Below, in pieces: positions 16,743 through 28,239 of a stretch of 64,000 nucleotides of DNA (the stretch's first letter is position 1; every line of letters starts with the position of its first letter). The stretch spans positions 754,633-818,632 of the forward strand of contig OZ241855.1 of the NCBI GenBank assembly GCA_965202785.1, in the 5' to 3' direction. This stretch comes from Thermodesulfobacteriota bacterium (GTDB lineage Bacteria > Desulfobacterota_D > UBA1144 > Nemesobacterales > Nemesobacteraceae). The translations under genes and the position numbers were made by a program. The notes below the pieces were generated by a model. It was not told where the DNA came from, made no database searches, and worked only from the letters and a program-made list of their open reading frames with translations.

Positions 16743-19700
16743 ATGAGAATTAAAGCACTTGAAATAGCAGGTTTTAAATCTTTTTACCTGAAGACGAGAA
16801 TAGACTTCTCCGAGGGCATAACCGCGATAGTCGGTCCCAACGGCTGCGGAAAATCCAATATTCTCGACGCCATCAGGTGGGTAATCGGCGAACACAACCC
16901 GAGACAGCTGCGCGCGGGGGGGATGGAAGACGTTATCTCCAACGGGAGCGCCGAGCTCAAGCCCCTGGGCATGGCCGACGTGTCCATGGTCCTCGAGGAG
17001 GTCGAGGGCTTCGGTTTCGAGGAAGTCAGGATCCGGAGGAAACTTTACCGCTCGGGAGAGAGCGAATACAGCATAAACGGGGTCAAGTGCCGCCTCAAGG
17101 ACATAACCGAGATGCTTCTTGACACCGGAGTGGGCGCGAGGGCCTATTCGATCGTCGAGCAGGGCCAGGTCGAGTCCTTCATAATGTCGAAGCCCGAGGA
17201 GAAAAGAAAATTCATAGAGGAAGTCGCGGGGATCGAGAAGTACAAGCTCAGAAGAAAGGAAACCCGAAGCAGGATAGAGTCGACGAGGGAGAACCTCTCC
17301 CGCGTTCTTGACATGAAGCGCGAGGTCTCGGACCGCATTGAGGCCGTGGCGCTTCAGGCAAAGCGCGCTAGGCAGTACGAGGAGCTTACCGGGCGGGCCC
17401 GCTCGCTTGAATTTGATGTTCTCTCGGCCAAGCTCTCAGGCTCGCAGCAGCGCAAAGAAGCGCTTGTTGAAAAAAAGCTCGGGGCGGAGCAGTTCGTCCG
17501 CTCAGCCGACGCCGAGCTGGAGCAAAAGCGCGGACTGCTTCAAGAGGCGAGGGAGAAAAACTCCGTTTCAGGCCAGGATCTGGGTTCCCTTGAGAAGGAG
17601 ATCTACGAGCTTCGGGCGCAGAAAAGGGAAAACGAGTACCGCAGGTCGTCGATCGAACGGGAGACCGCCGGTATTTCAAGCTACGTAAGGAACATTGAAG
17701 CCGAGATAGAGAGCCTCGGGCGCGAAGTCTCGGAGATGGAGGAGAAAAGCAGCCGCGCGGGGCGCCAGTCAGAGGAACTTAAAAACACGCGTCTTTCGGC
17801 TTCCGAGGAGATTTCGCACGAGGAACAGAACCTTGTGACCTTAAAAAGCGAATGGGAGCGGAGCAAAAAGGAACTCGAGGAAACTGCGGAGCTGGTCTCT
17901 GAAGTGATGACCAGAAGAAGCTCGCTTGGAAGCACCATAGGCGCTTTCTCAAAGGAGCTTGAGGAGCTTGCGGAGAAAAAAGAGGTACTTGAGGGGGAGG
18001 CTTCCGCCTTGGGACTTGAAAAACTCGAGTGCGAGAGAAGGCTTGCCTCGCTTCGCAGCCGGGAAGGGGAAATAAAAGACGAATTCACCTCGGCCACCAG
18101 AGAAAAAGAAGAGATCGATTCGCGTCTTTACGACCTTAGGGTCGAGCACGAGAAGAAACTCGGCGAACTGAGAGGTCTTGAAGGCAGAAAAAAAGACTGC
18201 GTCTCCAGAGTGGAGGCCCTTAACAAAATACAGAGCAACTACGAATGGCTTCCCGACGCCACGCGCAAGTTCGTGCTCGAGCGCAAGCAAAGGGGCGTGC
18301 TGGGGGTCGTTTCCGATTTCGTTTCCGTTCCGAGAAACTACGAAAGAGCGGTCGAGGCAGCCTTCGGGGAAAAACTCAACTGGATAGTTGTCGAAGGGAG
18401 TACGGAGGCGGTCGCCGCGGTTGAGCTTCTAAGGGAGTTTGACGCGGGAAGGGGAACCTTCATACCGGCAACCGACCAGTTCGCGGCAAACGGTTCAGAG
18501 AACGGAAACGGCAGGGCCAACGGACACGGCAAGCCGGATGCCACCTCCCTTAACAGCCTCCTTGACGTGAAAGTGATAGAGAAGAGCCTTGTTGACTCGA
18601 TGCTGCAGGAAGTTTACGTCGCTTCCGATCTGAGGGAAGCCATCAGGCTTAAGAGCCGGACGGGAAACGGTGCGTGCTTTGCCACTCTGGAGGGAGACTA
18701 CGTCGATTCCCAAGGGGCTGTGACGGGCGGAAAATCCCTGGCAGGTGTGTTTGAGAGAAAAAGGGAAATCGAGGAGCTTGAGGGGCAGACACAGACCCTT
18801 TTGGCCAACATAGAGAAACTCGAGTCCGCCTGCAGGGCGCTTAAAGAGGAGATGGATGCGCTTGCGGGCCGCCGGACGCAGGTCGAGGAACTTCTTCGGC
18901 GCTGCGAGATAAACTCGGTTGAGAACGCAAAAGACCGCTCGAACGCGGAGACCAGGATTGAAGAGCTGGGAACGAGAATCGCGAGCCTCGAGGTGCAGCG
19001 CGACGAACTTGAGGGCAAGCTCGGGAGCAAGAACCGCACCGTCGAGGAAATGGAACTGCTCATAGGGCAGCTTGACGGCCAGAGAGGCGAGCTTGAGTCA
19101 AGATACGGGGAAATCGAAAAGCGGGCTCTTGGGTTTGCGGAGGAGGAAAAAGCGCTTCAGGAGAGGATAACGAAACTCAGGATAGAGAACGCCGGGGTTC
19201 TTGAAAGGGAAAAGGCTCTTGAGCACGAGATATCGGAAGCCGAGAGAATAAAGGCGGTTATAAACGAGAAGCTTTCGCTCAGAAGAAAGGATGGAGAGCT
19301 TAAAAAACAGGAGGCCGAAGCGCTTGCCCTGTCGGGACGCCAGGCGGAAGAGGAGTTTGAGAAGATCTGCCGCGACCTCGACTTAAGAGAGGAGTCCTTC
19401 GGGGAACTCAGGGAAAGGGTGTCGCGCTACGCGGAGGAACTCCGCGGAAGCGAAGAGGAATTCGAAGCCGCCTCACAAGAACTTTCCTCGCGAAGAGAGC
19501 AGCTTGCCTCGGCCCAGGCGCGGCTTGAACGCGCGGAGGACGAGTTTGAGTATCTGAGCGAACGGTACGCAGAGACGTTCGGCGATGATCCCCCCGATAC
19601 CTCGCAAAGCCAAAATCTCTCCCATGTTTCGATACCCGATGCGGAAAGGGAGCTTAAGACGCTTCGGCGGCGCGTAGAGAATTTCGGTCCCGTGAACCTG

Positions 19701-20279
19701 CTTGCGCCCGAGGAATACGAGCAGCTTGAGGAGAGAAACGTGTTTCTCCAGCGCCAGACCGATGACCTCGCCCGGGCGCTTGATTACTTGGAAGGCGCCA
19801 TAAGGAAACTCGACAGGGAGTCGGTTTCAAGGTTCCGGGAGGCGTTTGAAACCGTAAACGGGAAATTCAGCGAAACCTTCTGCAAGCTTTTCGAAAACGG
19901 AGAGGCTCGCCTTGAGCTTATAGACCCCAGGAACCTGCTTGAAACCGGAGTGGAGGTCATGATAAGGCCCGGAGGAAAGCGGTTCCAGCCGATAAACTTG
20001 CTCTCGGGAGGGGAAAAGGCGCTTTCGGCCATAGCGGTCATAATCTCCGCGTGCCTGGTAAAGCCCGTTCCCTTTGTGTTCCTGGATGAAATAGACGCCG
20101 CGCTTGACGAAGTGAACACGGTGAGGTTCAACAAGATCCTGAGCGAGATATCGGCCCATTCCCAGGTGGCCGTCATCACGCATAACAGAAAAACCATGCA
20201 CGAGGCTGACGCGCTTATAGGAATAACCACAGACGGTACCGCCGCTTCTAGGGTCGTAAGCGTGAAGCTTGACGCCTGA
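16743..20279 (+). CDS. smc: Chromosome segregation protein SMC
   Basis: MRIKALEIAGFKSF...GPNGCGKSN Walker A, long coiled coils, a hinge, and a C-terminal LSGGEKAL signature. The ORF-track start at 16689 is probably an N-terminal over-extension. Confidence 0.92.
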   Translation: MRIKALEIAGFKSFYLKTRIDFSEGITAIVGPNGCGKSNILDAIRWVIGEHNPRQLRAGGMEDVISNGSAELKPLGMADVSMVLEEVEGFGFEEVRIRRKLYRSGESEYSINGVKCRLKDITEMLLDTGVGARAYSIVEQGQVESFIMSKPEEKRKFIEEVAGIEKYKLRRKETRSRIESTRENLSRVLDMKREVSDRIEAVALQAKRARQYEELTGRARSLEFDVLSAKLSGSQQRKEALVEKKLGAEQFVRSADAELEQKRGLLQEAREKNSVSGQDLGSLEKEIYELRAQKRENEYRRSSIERETAGISSYVRNIEAEIESLGREVSEMEEKSSRAGRQSEELKNTRLSASEEISHEEQNLVTLKSEWERSKKELEETAELVSEVMTRRSSLGSTIGAFSKELEELAEKKEVLEGEASALGLEKLECERRLASLRSREGEIKDEFTSATREKEEIDSRLYDLRVEHEKKLGELRGLEGRKKDCVSRVEALNKIQSNYEWLPDATRKFVLERKQRGVLGVVSDFVSVPRNYERAVEAAFGEKLNWIVVEGSTEAVAAVELLREFDAGRGTFIPATDQFAANGSENGNGRANGHGKPDATSLNSLLDVKVIEKSLVDSMLQEVYVASDLREAIRLKSRTGNGACFATLEGDYVDSQGAVTGGKSLAGVFERKREIEELEGQTQTLLANIEKLESACRALKEEMDALAGRRTQVEELLRRCEINSVENAKDRSNAETRIEELGTRIASLEVQRDELEGKLGSKNRTVEEMELLIGQLDGQRGELESRYGEIEKRALGFAEEEKALQERITKLRIENAGVLEREKALEHEISEAERIKAVINEKLSLRRKDGELKKQEAEALALSGRQAEEEFEKICRDLDLREESFGELRERVSRYAEELRGSEEEFEAASQELSSRREQLASAQARLERAEDEFEYLSERYAETFGDDPPDTSQSQNLSHVSIPDAERELKTLRRRVENFGPVNLLAPEEYEQLEERNVFLQRQTDDLARALDYLEGAIRKLDRESVSRFREAFETVNGKFSETFCKLFENGEARLELIDPRNLLETGVEVMIRPGGKRFQPINLLSGGEKALSAIAVIISACLVKPVPFVFLDEIDAALDEVNTVRFNKILSEISAHSQVAVITHNRKTMHEADALIGITTDGTAASRVVSVKLDA

Positions 20280-20382
20280 AGCCAGAAATTCCTTGTCTAT
20301 TTCCCACGGATTATTAGACTGTTTTAGGAGAGCTGTTCCCGAGCATTGCGGGAACCGTTAGCAAAGGAGACCGCTTCGGCGC

Positions 20383-23238
20383 ATGATTTCTTACGTCCTG
20401 AAAAAAATAGTCGGCTCGCAGAACGAAAGGGAGGTAAAGAGGCTCGGCGTTTTTGCAGAGCGGATAAATACCCTTGAAGAAACCCTGGTTAAGGTTCCCA
20501 CGGCGGAGCTTCGCGCGAAAACCTCGCAGTTCCGGGAACTGATACATTCCCGCCTCGGTACAAACGGAAATCCGTCCGACGAGAAATATTTCGCTGAGAT
20601 GGAGCGGGTTCTCGAGGAGATCCTGCCGGAGGCGTTCGCCGCCGTAAGGGAAGCGTCAAGAAGAACGATAGCCATGAGGCATTTTGATGTCCAGATGATA
20701 GGGGGAATGGTTCTTCACAGAGGCAGAATAGCCGAGATGAGAACCGGGGAGGGAAAGACACTGGTCGCCGTCTTGCCCCTTTACTTAAACGCCCTCACCG
20801 GGCTCGGTTCCCACCTTATCACGGTAAACGATTACCTGGCTGCAAGGGATGCCACCTGGATGTCGCCGATTTTTATGGTCCTAGACATGAAGGTGGGAGT
20901 TATAAATCACGACGCCTCCTACGTACTTGCCTGGGAGGACCCCAAGCGGGCCGAAGAGTCGGTAGAGAAAAACCTGACCGCGTGGCCAAACGAGTATCTG
21001 GCGAGCGATGTTCTTCCCGAAAAAAACCTCGACATCATAAATTCCTTCAAGACCTGCCTCGAGCCTTCATCCAGGCAGGATTCCTACCAGGCGGATATTA
21101 CCTACGGTACCAACAACGAGTTCGGTTTCGACTACTTGCGCGACAACATGAAGTTCTCTCTTGAGAGCTACGTTCAGCGCGGCCACAATTTCGCCATAGT
21201 GGACGAGGTCGACAGCATTCTCATAGACGAGGCTAGAACCCCGCTTATAATCTCAGGGCCTTCGGAGGACTCGACCGATCTTTACTACAAGGTGGACAAG
21301 GTGGTGAAGACGCTCTCCGGGAAGACCGATTTCACGGTGGACGAGAAAACAAGGCAGGTGGATCTTACCGAGGAGGGGGTTTCCAAGGTGGAGAGGGACC
21401 TCGACGTTGCGAACCTCTACGATCCCGTCAGCCTCAAGATTCTCCACCACGTTAACCAGTCGCTTCGTGCCAATGCCCTTTTCAACCTCGACGTCGACTA
21501 CATGATGCAGGACGGGAAGGTGGTTATAGTCGACGAGTTCACGGGAAGGCTCATGCCGGGGCGCAGGTGGAGCGACGGGCTTCACCAGGCGGTTGAGGCC
21601 AAGGAAGGGGTGGAAATCGAAAGCGAGAACCAGACGATGGCCACCATAACCATCCAGAACTATTTCAGGATGTACAGAAAGCTTGCCGGTATGACGGGTA
21701 CCGCCGACACAGAAGCGTTTGAGTTTAAGCACATATATGATCTTGACGTCACCGTGATACCGACCCACAAGCCGCTTGTAAGGAAAGATTACGAAGATGT
21801 TGTCTACAGGACCGAGCGCGAGAAATTCAACGCCGCGTGTGCGGAGATAAAGGAAATGAATTCCGCCGGCCGGCCGGTGCTTGTCGGCACCTCGTCGATC
21901 GAGCAGTCGGAAAAACTGGGCGAGTACCTTGAGAAGATAGGTCTTGGACACAACGTGCTTAACGCCAAACAGCACGGAAAGGAGGCCGAGATCGTCGCCC
22001 AGGCGGGCAGAATAGGGTCCATAACCATAGCGACCAACATGGCGGGTAGGGGAACGGACATACTGCTCGGCGGGAATCCCGAATTCCTTGCAAGGGATAT
22101 TCTCAGGAAAGAGCTCAGGGTCCAGCCCGAGGAAGCAGATCCCAAGCAGTACGAGGAAGCGCTTTTCGAGGCGAAATCGATCTGCGATTCGGAAAAGGAG
22201 AAAGTTAAGGAACTCGGCGGACTTCATATCCTTTCGGTCGAAAGACACGAGGCTAGGAGGATAGATAACCAGTTTAGGGGAAGAGCGGGAAGGCAGGGAG
22301 ATGACGGATCTTCTAGGTTCTATGTTTCCCTTGAAGACGACCTGATGCGTATTTTCGCCTCGGAGAGGATAACGGGAGTCATGGACAAGCTCGGATGGGA
22401 GGAAGGGGAGCCGATTGAGCACTCGATGATAAGCAAGTCGATTGAGAACGCCCAGAAAAAGGTCGAGGGAAGGAATTTCGACATCCGCAAGCATCTTTTG
22501 AGGTACGATGATGTTCTCAACACGCAAAGGGACGTTGTCTACAGCCAGCGCCGCGAGATACTTGAAGGCGGTGAGAGCCTCAGAGAGATAGTTTTTTCGT
22601 CTTCAGAAGACATCGTTCGGGAAGTTGTGAGCGACTACTTGGCAGGGCGGGACGACCGCCCGGAATCTGATTTCTCCGAGCTCTGCGAAGTTATCGGGAG
22701 AATTTTCGGAACGGAAATCGAGATAGAAGCCTCCGGCAAGGCGGACGGGGAAGTCATAACGGAAGAAGTCACCGGAAAACTGATTGCCGCATACCGGGAA
22801 AAAGCGGAGAAAATAGGCCCTGAGCACCTCTCGCAGGTCGAACGCTACGTCATGCTTCAGCACATCGACTACCTCTGGAAGGATCATCTTCTTAACATGG
22901 ATCACCTTAGGGAAGGGGTGGGACTCAGGGGATACGCACAGAAAGACCCCCTTCGGGAATACACCAAAGAGGGCTTTGACATGTTCACTCTCATGATGGA
23001 CAAGTTCAGGATGGATGTCTGCTCGAATCTTTTCAGGATACAGCCCGCGAGTGAAGAACAGATCGAGGAACTTGAGAGAAAAAGAGAGCTTGAGGAAAAA
23101 AAGATGGTGCTCGGGCGGGGAGAAGGGTCGGAAGAAAAGGCCAAGACGCCGGTCAGGAGAACGCAGAAGAAAGTCGGTCGGAACAGCCCGTGCCCTTGCG
23201 GCAGCGGCAAGAAATACAAAAAGTGCTGCGGTCGGTAA
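20383..23238 (+). CDS. secA: Preprotein translocase ATPase SecA
   Basis: DEAD-motor motifs, and a C-terminal zinc finger [14 protein letters not shown], 951 aa. Confidence 0.95.
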   Translation: MISYVLKKIVGSQNEREVKRLGVFAERINTLEETLVKVPTAELRAKTSQFRELIHSRLGTNGNPSDEKYFAEMERVLEEILPEAFAAVREASRRTIAMRHFDVQMIGGMVLHRGRIAEMRTGEGKTLVAVLPLYLNALTGLGSHLITVNDYLAARDATWMSPIFMVLDMKVGVINHDASYVLAWEDPKRAEESVEKNLTAWPNEYLASDVLPEKNLDIINSFKTCLEPSSRQDSYQADITYGTNNEFGFDYLRDNMKFSLESYVQRGHNFAIVDEVDSILIDEARTPLIISGPSEDSTDLYYKVDKVVKTLSGKTDFTVDEKTRQVDLTEEGVSKVERDLDVANLYDPVSLKILHHVNQSLRANALFNLDVDYMMQDGKVVIVDEFTGRLMPGRRWSDGLHQAVEAKEGVEIESENQTMATITIQNYFRMYRKLAGMTGTADTEAFEFKHIYDLDVTVIPTHKPLVRKDYEDVVYRTEREKFNAACAEIKEMNSAGRPVLVGTSSIEQSEKLGEYLEKIGLGHNVLNAKQHGKEAEIVAQAGRIGSITIATNMAGRGTDILLGGNPEFLARDILRKELRVQPEEADPKQYEEALFEAKSICDSEKEKVKELGGLHILSVERHEARRIDNQFRGRAGRQGDDGSSRFYVSLEDDLMRIFASERITGVMDKLGWEEGEPIEHSMISKSIENAQKKVEGRNFDIRKHLLRYDDVLNTQRDVVYSQRREILEGGESLREIVFSSSEDIVREVVSDYLAGRDDRPESDFSELCEVIGRIFGTEIEIEASGKADGEVITEEVTGKLIAAYREKAEKIGPEHLSQVERYVMLQHIDYLWKDHLLNMDHLREGVGLRGYAQKDPLREYTKEGFDMFTLMMDKFRMDVCSNLFRIQPASEEQIEELERKRELEEKKMVLGRGEGSEEKAKTPVRRTQKKVGRNSPCPCGSGKKYKKCCGR

Positions 23239-23260
23239 TAATATTGGATAGGGTGTCTTA

Positions 23261-23527
23261 ATGGCTGGGAAAATCTATGTTCGCAGGGGAAGAGTTCCTT
23301 TTTTCTCTCTTCCTTTCATCGCACTTTTCGTGGTCGTGGCCGTCTGCCTTTTCGCATTTTTCGGCTTTCTGGCTCTGGTTGCATTAGGAGTGCTCGGAGC
23401 AGGGGCCTCGGTTTTGAGGAAGCTGTTTCCGGGCAAGGATAGAAAACCCGGTCCCCGCGCGGGCGAACCCGGAGGGGATACTATTACCCTCGGAGAGGAC
23501 GATTACGAAGTAAGAGATGTAGACTAG
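23261..23527 (+). CDS. Hypothetical small membrane protein
   Basis: One or two TM helices followed by an acidic tail. It is not otherwise recognisable. Confidence 0.3.
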   Translation: MAGKIYVRRGRVPFFSLPFIALFVVVAVCLFAFFGFLALVALGVLGAGASVLRKLFPGKDRKPGPRAGEPGGDTITLGEDDYEVRDVD

Positions 23528-23555
23528 CTTCCCCGGACGGCGCGTGGAACTCGCG

Positions 23556-23846
23556 TCAGAGTGCCTTTTCTATTTCCTCCGCCAGACTCAGGTCTTTTTC
23601 CGTGATTCCACCCTCGCTGTGGGTTGAAAGGGTGATGGAAACCTTGTTCCACCGTATGAGAATGTCGGGGTGGTGGTCTGCCCTTTCGGAAAGAAGGGCG
23701 ACCTTGTTCACAAAACCCATGGAATCGACAAAATTTCTGAGAACGAAGGTTTTTTCTATCTCTTCTCCCTTCCTCTGCCACCCCTGAAGGCCGTCGAGTG
23801 CGGAAGAAATTTCTTTTTCGGTTAGAAGTGCCATATATTTTTTCAT
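23556..23846 (-). CDS. phhB: Pterin-4a-carbinolamine dehydratase
   Basis: HHPDILIRWNKVSITLSTHSEGGITEKD motif, 96 aa. Confidence 0.85.
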   Translation of the reverse strand: MKKYMALLTEKEISSALDGLQGWQRKGEEIEKTFVLRNFVDSMGFVNKVALLSERADHHPDILIRWNKVSITLSTHSEGGITEKDLSLAEEIEKAL

Positions 23847-23858
23847 TATATATTAACC

Positions 23859-24392
23859 GTGATGAGTATTCCATTGAATGACTCTGAAGCTTCGCCAAGT
23901 GTTGTTTTCATAGGTATCGGCGGCAACATCGGCCCCGTCCGCGAGAATTTCGCCAAGGCCCTTAAAAGCATCGAAAAGCGCGCGCGCGTGGCGGCCGTAT
24001 CCTCCCTTTACGAATCGGATCCCGTGGGACCGCAGGACCAGCCGAAGTTCACAAACGCTGTCGTTAAGGCGGAAACGGAACTCTCCCCTTTTGAGCTCCT
24101 TGATTACCTCAAGACAATCGAAAAGGAGATCGGGAGAAAAAAAACGAAGAGGTGGGGACCCAGGGTGATAGATCTTGACATAATCTTCTACGGAGACCTC
24201 GTAATAAGCACGGATTCCTTGGTAATTCCTCACCCGAGGGCGCACGAAAGAAGATTTGTCCTGGAGCCCCTGCTCGAGATAGAACCGGACGCCTGGCATC
24301 CCGCAAAGAACATGGCGGTAAGGGATATATGTTCCGGGCTAGGGGATTCGCAAGGGATTTCGAAAACTGACGGCCCAGGGGTGCTTCGCTGA
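23859..24392 (+). CDS. folK: 2-amino-4-hydroxy-6-hydroxymethyldihydropteridine pyrophosphokinase (HPPK)
   Basis: VFIGIGGNIG...GPRVIDLDIIFYG...PHPRAHERRFVLEPL. Confidence 0.88.
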   Translation: MMSIPLNDSEASPSVVFIGIGGNIGPVRENFAKALKSIEKRARVAAVSSLYESDPVGPQDQPKFTNAVVKAETELSPFELLDYLKTIEKEIGRKKTKRWGPRVIDLDIIFYGDLVISTDSLVIPHPRAHERRFVLEPLLEIEPDAWHPAKNMAVRDICSGLGDSQGISKTDGPGVLR

Positions 24393-24404
24393 CCCGGTTT
24401 GGGG

Positions 24405-25262
24405 CTACTTGTTCTGCGCAAATATCTCCGCCGCCTCAAGCGTGTTCCAAAGAAGCATGGTTACGGTCATCGGACCCACCCCGCCGGGAACGGGGGTTAT
24501 GTAGGAGGCCTTTTCCTTTACGTCCTCAAAGTCAACGTCGCCAACGATCTTTCCTCTCTCGTTCCTGTTGATTCCGACATCGACTACTACAGCTCCGTCT
24601 TTTATCATCTCTTTCTTTATGAACTGCGGGTCGCCTATCGCGACTATCAGTATGTCAGCCATGGTGGTTATGGACGGCAGGTTTTGAGTTTCGATATGGG
24701 CTATGGTGACGGTGGCGTCCCTGTTGAGCATCAAGGCCGCCGCGGGTTTTCCAACTATGTTGCTTTTTCCCACGACCACTACGTGCTTGCCTAATACCTT
24801 TATGTCGTAGTAATCGAGAAGTTTTTCTATTCCGTACGGAGTACAGGAGATGGCGCTAGGGTTTTCTTGGAACAGCTTTCCGGTGTTCTCGGGGTGAAAT
24901 CCGTCGGCATCTTTGTCCGGGGATATCTTTCTTATCACTCTTGCTGGATTCATATGGGAAGGAAGGGGAAGCTGTACCAGTATGCCGTGAATCTTTTCAT
25001 CCAGGTTGAGGCGCTCGATCAGAGAAAGAAGCTCCTCTTCTGAGGTTTCCTCAGGAAGATTGTGTTCTTCTGAAAGCATTCCGCATCTTCCGCATGCCCT
25101 TCTCTTGTTCCTCACGTATATTTCGGACGCGGGATCGGTGCCGACCAGGATGGAAGCAAGACCGGGCACTACGCCCGTGCGGTCTTTAAGTTCCTTGGTC
25201 TTTCGGATGATCCATTCTTTAATGTCTTGAGAGACCTTTTTGCCATCCATGATTTTAGACAT
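24405..25262 (-). CDS. folD: Bifunctional methylenetetrahydrofolate dehydrogenase/cyclohydrolase
   Basis: GLASILVGTDPASEIYVRNKRRAC...HGILVQLPLP, 285 aa. Confidence 0.92.
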   Translation of the reverse strand: MSKIMDGKKVSQDIKEWIIRKTKELKDRTGVVPGLASILVGTDPASEIYVRNKRRACGRCGMLSEEHNLPEETSEEELLSLIERLNLDEKIHGILVQLPLPSHMNPARVIRKISPDKDADGFHPENTGKLFQENPSAISCTPYGIEKLLDYYDIKVLGKHVVVVGKSNIVGKPAAALMLNRDATVTIAHIETQNLPSITTMADILIVAIGDPQFIKKEMIKDGAVVVDVGINRNERGKIVGDVDFEDVKEKASYITPVPGGVGPMTVTMLLWNTLEAAEIFAQNK

Positions 25263-25467
25263 GTTCAGTTCCCTTTTTTTCGAAAGATGGCCGGTTGGAA
25301 AATTATTAGTATAATCGACTCCGGCGGGTTAATCCACATTGGACCAGATTTATCTGGATAGTTTCGACAAGGTTGGTCAACTATGCACTTAGGCAGCAAT
25401 AGAAATTTTGGAGTTTCAGACCTTTTAGGCGACCGGCCCGATCAGAGCCGAACCTTGGGAAGCGTTA

Positions 25468-26202
25468 TCAATAACCCAGAACGCTGTAGTCGCCGTTCAC
25501 GATCAGACGAATGGAGACGTAGAGTCCCAGTAGCGCGAAAAGCACCCATGGAGAATTCATCCCCCAGATGTAGATGTACATATCCCCTCGGCTGATCTGG
25601 GTTTGCCGGTTGGCCGAGAAGAAACTGACCCAGTAGACTGAGGTTATGTATGTCAACTGCCAGAACAGCATCACTCCGACGATGCCCGCGACGGGGGCGG
25701 ACAAAATATCGAAGGTGAAGGCGGCGTAGAGAATTAACGTCGGGATCGGGCTCACAAAGCCGTTGGCAATATCCACAATGTATCCGTATGTGCGCCGGTC
25801 TGCGTAGGAACCGTCGAATTGGGAATACGTCGCCCAGACATCTGCCCATACCGTCGGCGACAACACCCTCGTCAACGGAATCTTTGTAATAAGAAATTCG
25901 GTGGATGGTTTTCGGCCCGTTTCCCGCCAGCGCTTGCGCCAATATCCGGTACGCTGCTCAATATAGTCGCGTCTGAGGAACAGGCATATCTCCCAATAGC
26001 AGATCACCAGATTAATCGAAAGAAACAGAATCAACAGGGCATGAATAACGTTGAAATCCCCGCGGGTCCAGTAACGCGCGCCAATGCCCGCCAATGTCAG
26101 AATCGCAATAACCAGCACCGTGAACAGCATCGCCGAAATTGCCAGCCGGGTCTGGCGTTCCCTAGGTTCGGAATGTGCTCGGTCGGTTCGGTTTTCGGGC
26201 AT
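25468..26202 (-). CDS. Hypothetical polytopic membrane protein (start uncertain)
   Basis: About 6 predicted TM segments and no recognisable motif. The start was set at the internal Met with an AAGGA ribosome-binding site; the ORF track extends to 26328. Confidence 0.35.
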   Translation of the reverse strand: MPENRTDRAHSEPRERQTRLAISAMLFTVLVIAILTLAGIGARYWTRGDFNVIHALLILFLSINLVICYWEICLFLRRDYIEQRTGYWRKRWRETGRKPSTEFLITKIPLTRVLSPTVWADVWATYSQFDGSYADRRTYGYIVDIANGFVSPIPTLILYAAFTFDILSAPVAGIVGVMLFWQLTYITSVYWVSFFSANRQTQISRGDMYIYIWGMNSPWVLFALLGLYVSIRLIVNGDYSVLGY

Positions 26203-26436
26203 GTGTTCTGATCCTTGCAAAAAGTCCGGCGTTACGGCTCGCTGCATTGCACCCTTCGGAGTGTTCCACGTCCCGGGCAAACGTGCCGTGCTCCAGACAG
26301 ACACTTTCGATAGGGAAATTATATACAATAGTCAAGAAAAAACCTGACTTCCCTGCCGAAATCCTTCGTCCTATACTCTTTTGCGGTGCGAAAGCTGTAA
26401 CGGTGCGCAACAGGCGAAATCGGTTAGCCTTGTGGT

Positions 26437-27231
26437 TCAGGTTTTTCCGAGGTGATTAAGGGGTCCGTGTCCCTTTCCTATCTCCAGAGAATTTCTTATC
26501 GCCTCCGTGACAAAGGCTTTCGAATTCTCAAGGGAAGTTGAAAGAGGCATTCCCTTTGCCAAAAAAGCGCACACGGCCGCCGAAAATGTGCAGCCCGTTC
26601 CGTGGGTGTTCTTCGTTTCGATTCTCTCGCTAACCAGTTCTTCAAATATCTCCCCGTCGAAAAAAATATCTACCGCCGGGTGTTCTTTCGCAAGATGTCC
26701 CCCTTTTACAAGAACCGCCTTCGCTCCAAACGAGAGGATCTTCTCGGCTGCGGTCTTCATATCGCTTATGCCGCTTATGCTGACAGAACTCAGTATTTCT
26801 GCCTCGGGTATGTTCGGAGTTACTATGAGTGCCCTGGGGAGAATCTCTTTTTTTAGAAGTTCCGTCGAGTTTTTTAAAAGGGCGGTTCCACCTTTTGAGC
26901 TCATCACAGGGTCGACAACGAGCTTCTCAATTGCATACAGGTCTATTTTTTCCGCCACGGCCTCAATGATTTTTTCGTTGGAAAGCATCCCGAGCTTAGC
27001 GGCGTCGCAGCCTATATCGCTCATCACGGCGTCAAACTGCAGCCCCACGAACTGCTCGGGAAGGTCGTGGATTGCGCTTACCTCCAGCGTATTCTGGGCG
27101 GTAACGGAGGTGAGCACCGAAAGTCCGTACACTCCCAGGGCAGTGAAAGTCTTAAGGTCAGCCTGGATTCCTGCCCCTCCTCCTGAATCGGACCCGGCAA
27201 CGGTAAGCGCTCTTGGGATTTTTTCCGCCAC
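26437..27231 (-). CDS. thiD: Hydroxymethylpyrimidine/phosphomethylpyrimidine kinase
   Basis: [30 protein letters not shown]-terminus, 264 aa. Confidence 0.9.
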   Translation of the reverse strand: MAEKIPRALTVAGSDSGGGAGIQADLKTFTALGVYGLSVLTSVTAQNTLEVSAIHDLPEQFVGLQFDAVMSDIGCDAAKLGMLSNEKIIEAVAEKIDLYAIEKLVVDPVMSSKGGTALLKNSTELLKKEILPRALIVTPNIPEAEILSSVSISGISDMKTAAEKILSFGAKAVLVKGGHLAKEHPAVDIFFDGEIFEELVSERIETKNTHGTGCTFSAAVCAFLAKGMPLSTSLENSKAFVTEAIRNSLEIGKGHGPLNHLGKT

Positions 27232-27370
27232 GTAAGGATTCTACAAATTCACCTGTTTTTTACAAACCCGGACAAGGGCTTACGCCGCGGGTCTTTACTG
27301 GAATTGAAAACTGTTTTCAGTTGTATATAATTTCCCTTCACGTTAAGCGATCGTTTAAGGAGAGAGTGTC

Positions 27371-27778
27371 ATGAGCGAAGATATTTTCAGACAGGATTTG
27401 TTTTCAACCGACGATGAGGGCAGAGTGAGACTGATTGCGGGTTACTGCAAGGAATCCGACAACTGGACCTTTCCAAGGTATCTTGCGGATCCAGTGAGTT
27501 TTACAGACGATGTGGAAGAGAAGTTTCTAAGCCCCACAGGCATTCTGCATTCCTTCACGGTTGTGAGAAGAAGCATGCCGGAATTTAAGGTGCCCTACGT
27601 TCTCGCTCTTGTTGATTTTCCGGAGGGGGTAAGGGTCATGGCGCAGGTTGAAACGGAAGATCCCGATTCTCTTGAGTTCGGCGAGGAGATGGCCGTGACG
27701 ATCGGTGTGATAAAAACGGCGCCCGACGGAACGGATGTAAGCTCCTACAAGTTTATTCCCGTAAGAGAGTGCTCCTGA
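27371..27778 (+). CDS. DUF35-like OB-fold protein (acyl-CoA-associated Zn-ribbon/OB-fold family)
   Basis: It is 135 aa with the DUF35-type architecture. The zinc-ribbon cysteines are largely missing. Confidence 0.4.
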   Translation: MSEDIFRQDLFSTDDEGRVRLIAGYCKESDNWTFPRYLADPVSFTDDVEEKFLSPTGILHSFTVVRRSMPEFKVPYVLALVDFPEGVRVMAQVETEDPDSLEFGEEMAVTIGVIKTAPDGTDVSSYKFIPVRECS

Positions 27779-27947
27779 TCAGTAGCATTTTCCGTGCTAC
27801 AAAACTTTTTACTTTCTGCAACACTCTGCTTGTTTATTAATTTTAGCCGTACACGCAGATTCTAGGTTTTTTTGGAGGGTTAGGGGTGTGGAGGGATCCT
27901 TAAAAATTTCTTGCGTAGTGTACTGTAATACCGTACAGTAGATAAAG

Positions 27948-28239
27948 ATGGTCATTCGTTCTGTCCGCCACAGAGGATTGCGTCGGTTGATTGAGGATGA
28001 CAATTCCCGGTTCTTGGGGCGTGACTTGGTGGACCGTGTACGCAAGATACTAACGGCACTTACTTCTTGCTGAGAACATGGATAGTTTTATCACAGATGC
28101 ACCACCTAGATGGCGTGTTCATAGGCTTTTAGGCGATAGGCGAGACGAATGGAGCGTTTCGGTATCCGGTAATTGGAGGATCACTTTTAAAGAAGATGAA
28201 GGCGACATTTACCGCTTGAACTTGGAGGATTATCACTAA
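27948..28239 (+). pseudogene. higB: higB (HigB/GraT-type RelE-superfamily toxin) disrupted by a frameshift
   Basis: The frame starting at 27948 encodes MVIRSVRHRGLRRLIEDD...ILTALTSC* (41 aa, stop at 28071). The +1 frame continues ...RVHRLLGDRRDEWSVSVSGNWRITFKEDEGDIYRLNLEDYH* up to the TAATG overlap with higA. Confidence 0.7.

Noticed and set aside
27232-27370. Possible TPP riboswitch upstream of thiD (minus strand).
   Set aside because: The conserved CUGAGA and pyrimidine-sensing helix motifs are not present on the minus strand of this leader.
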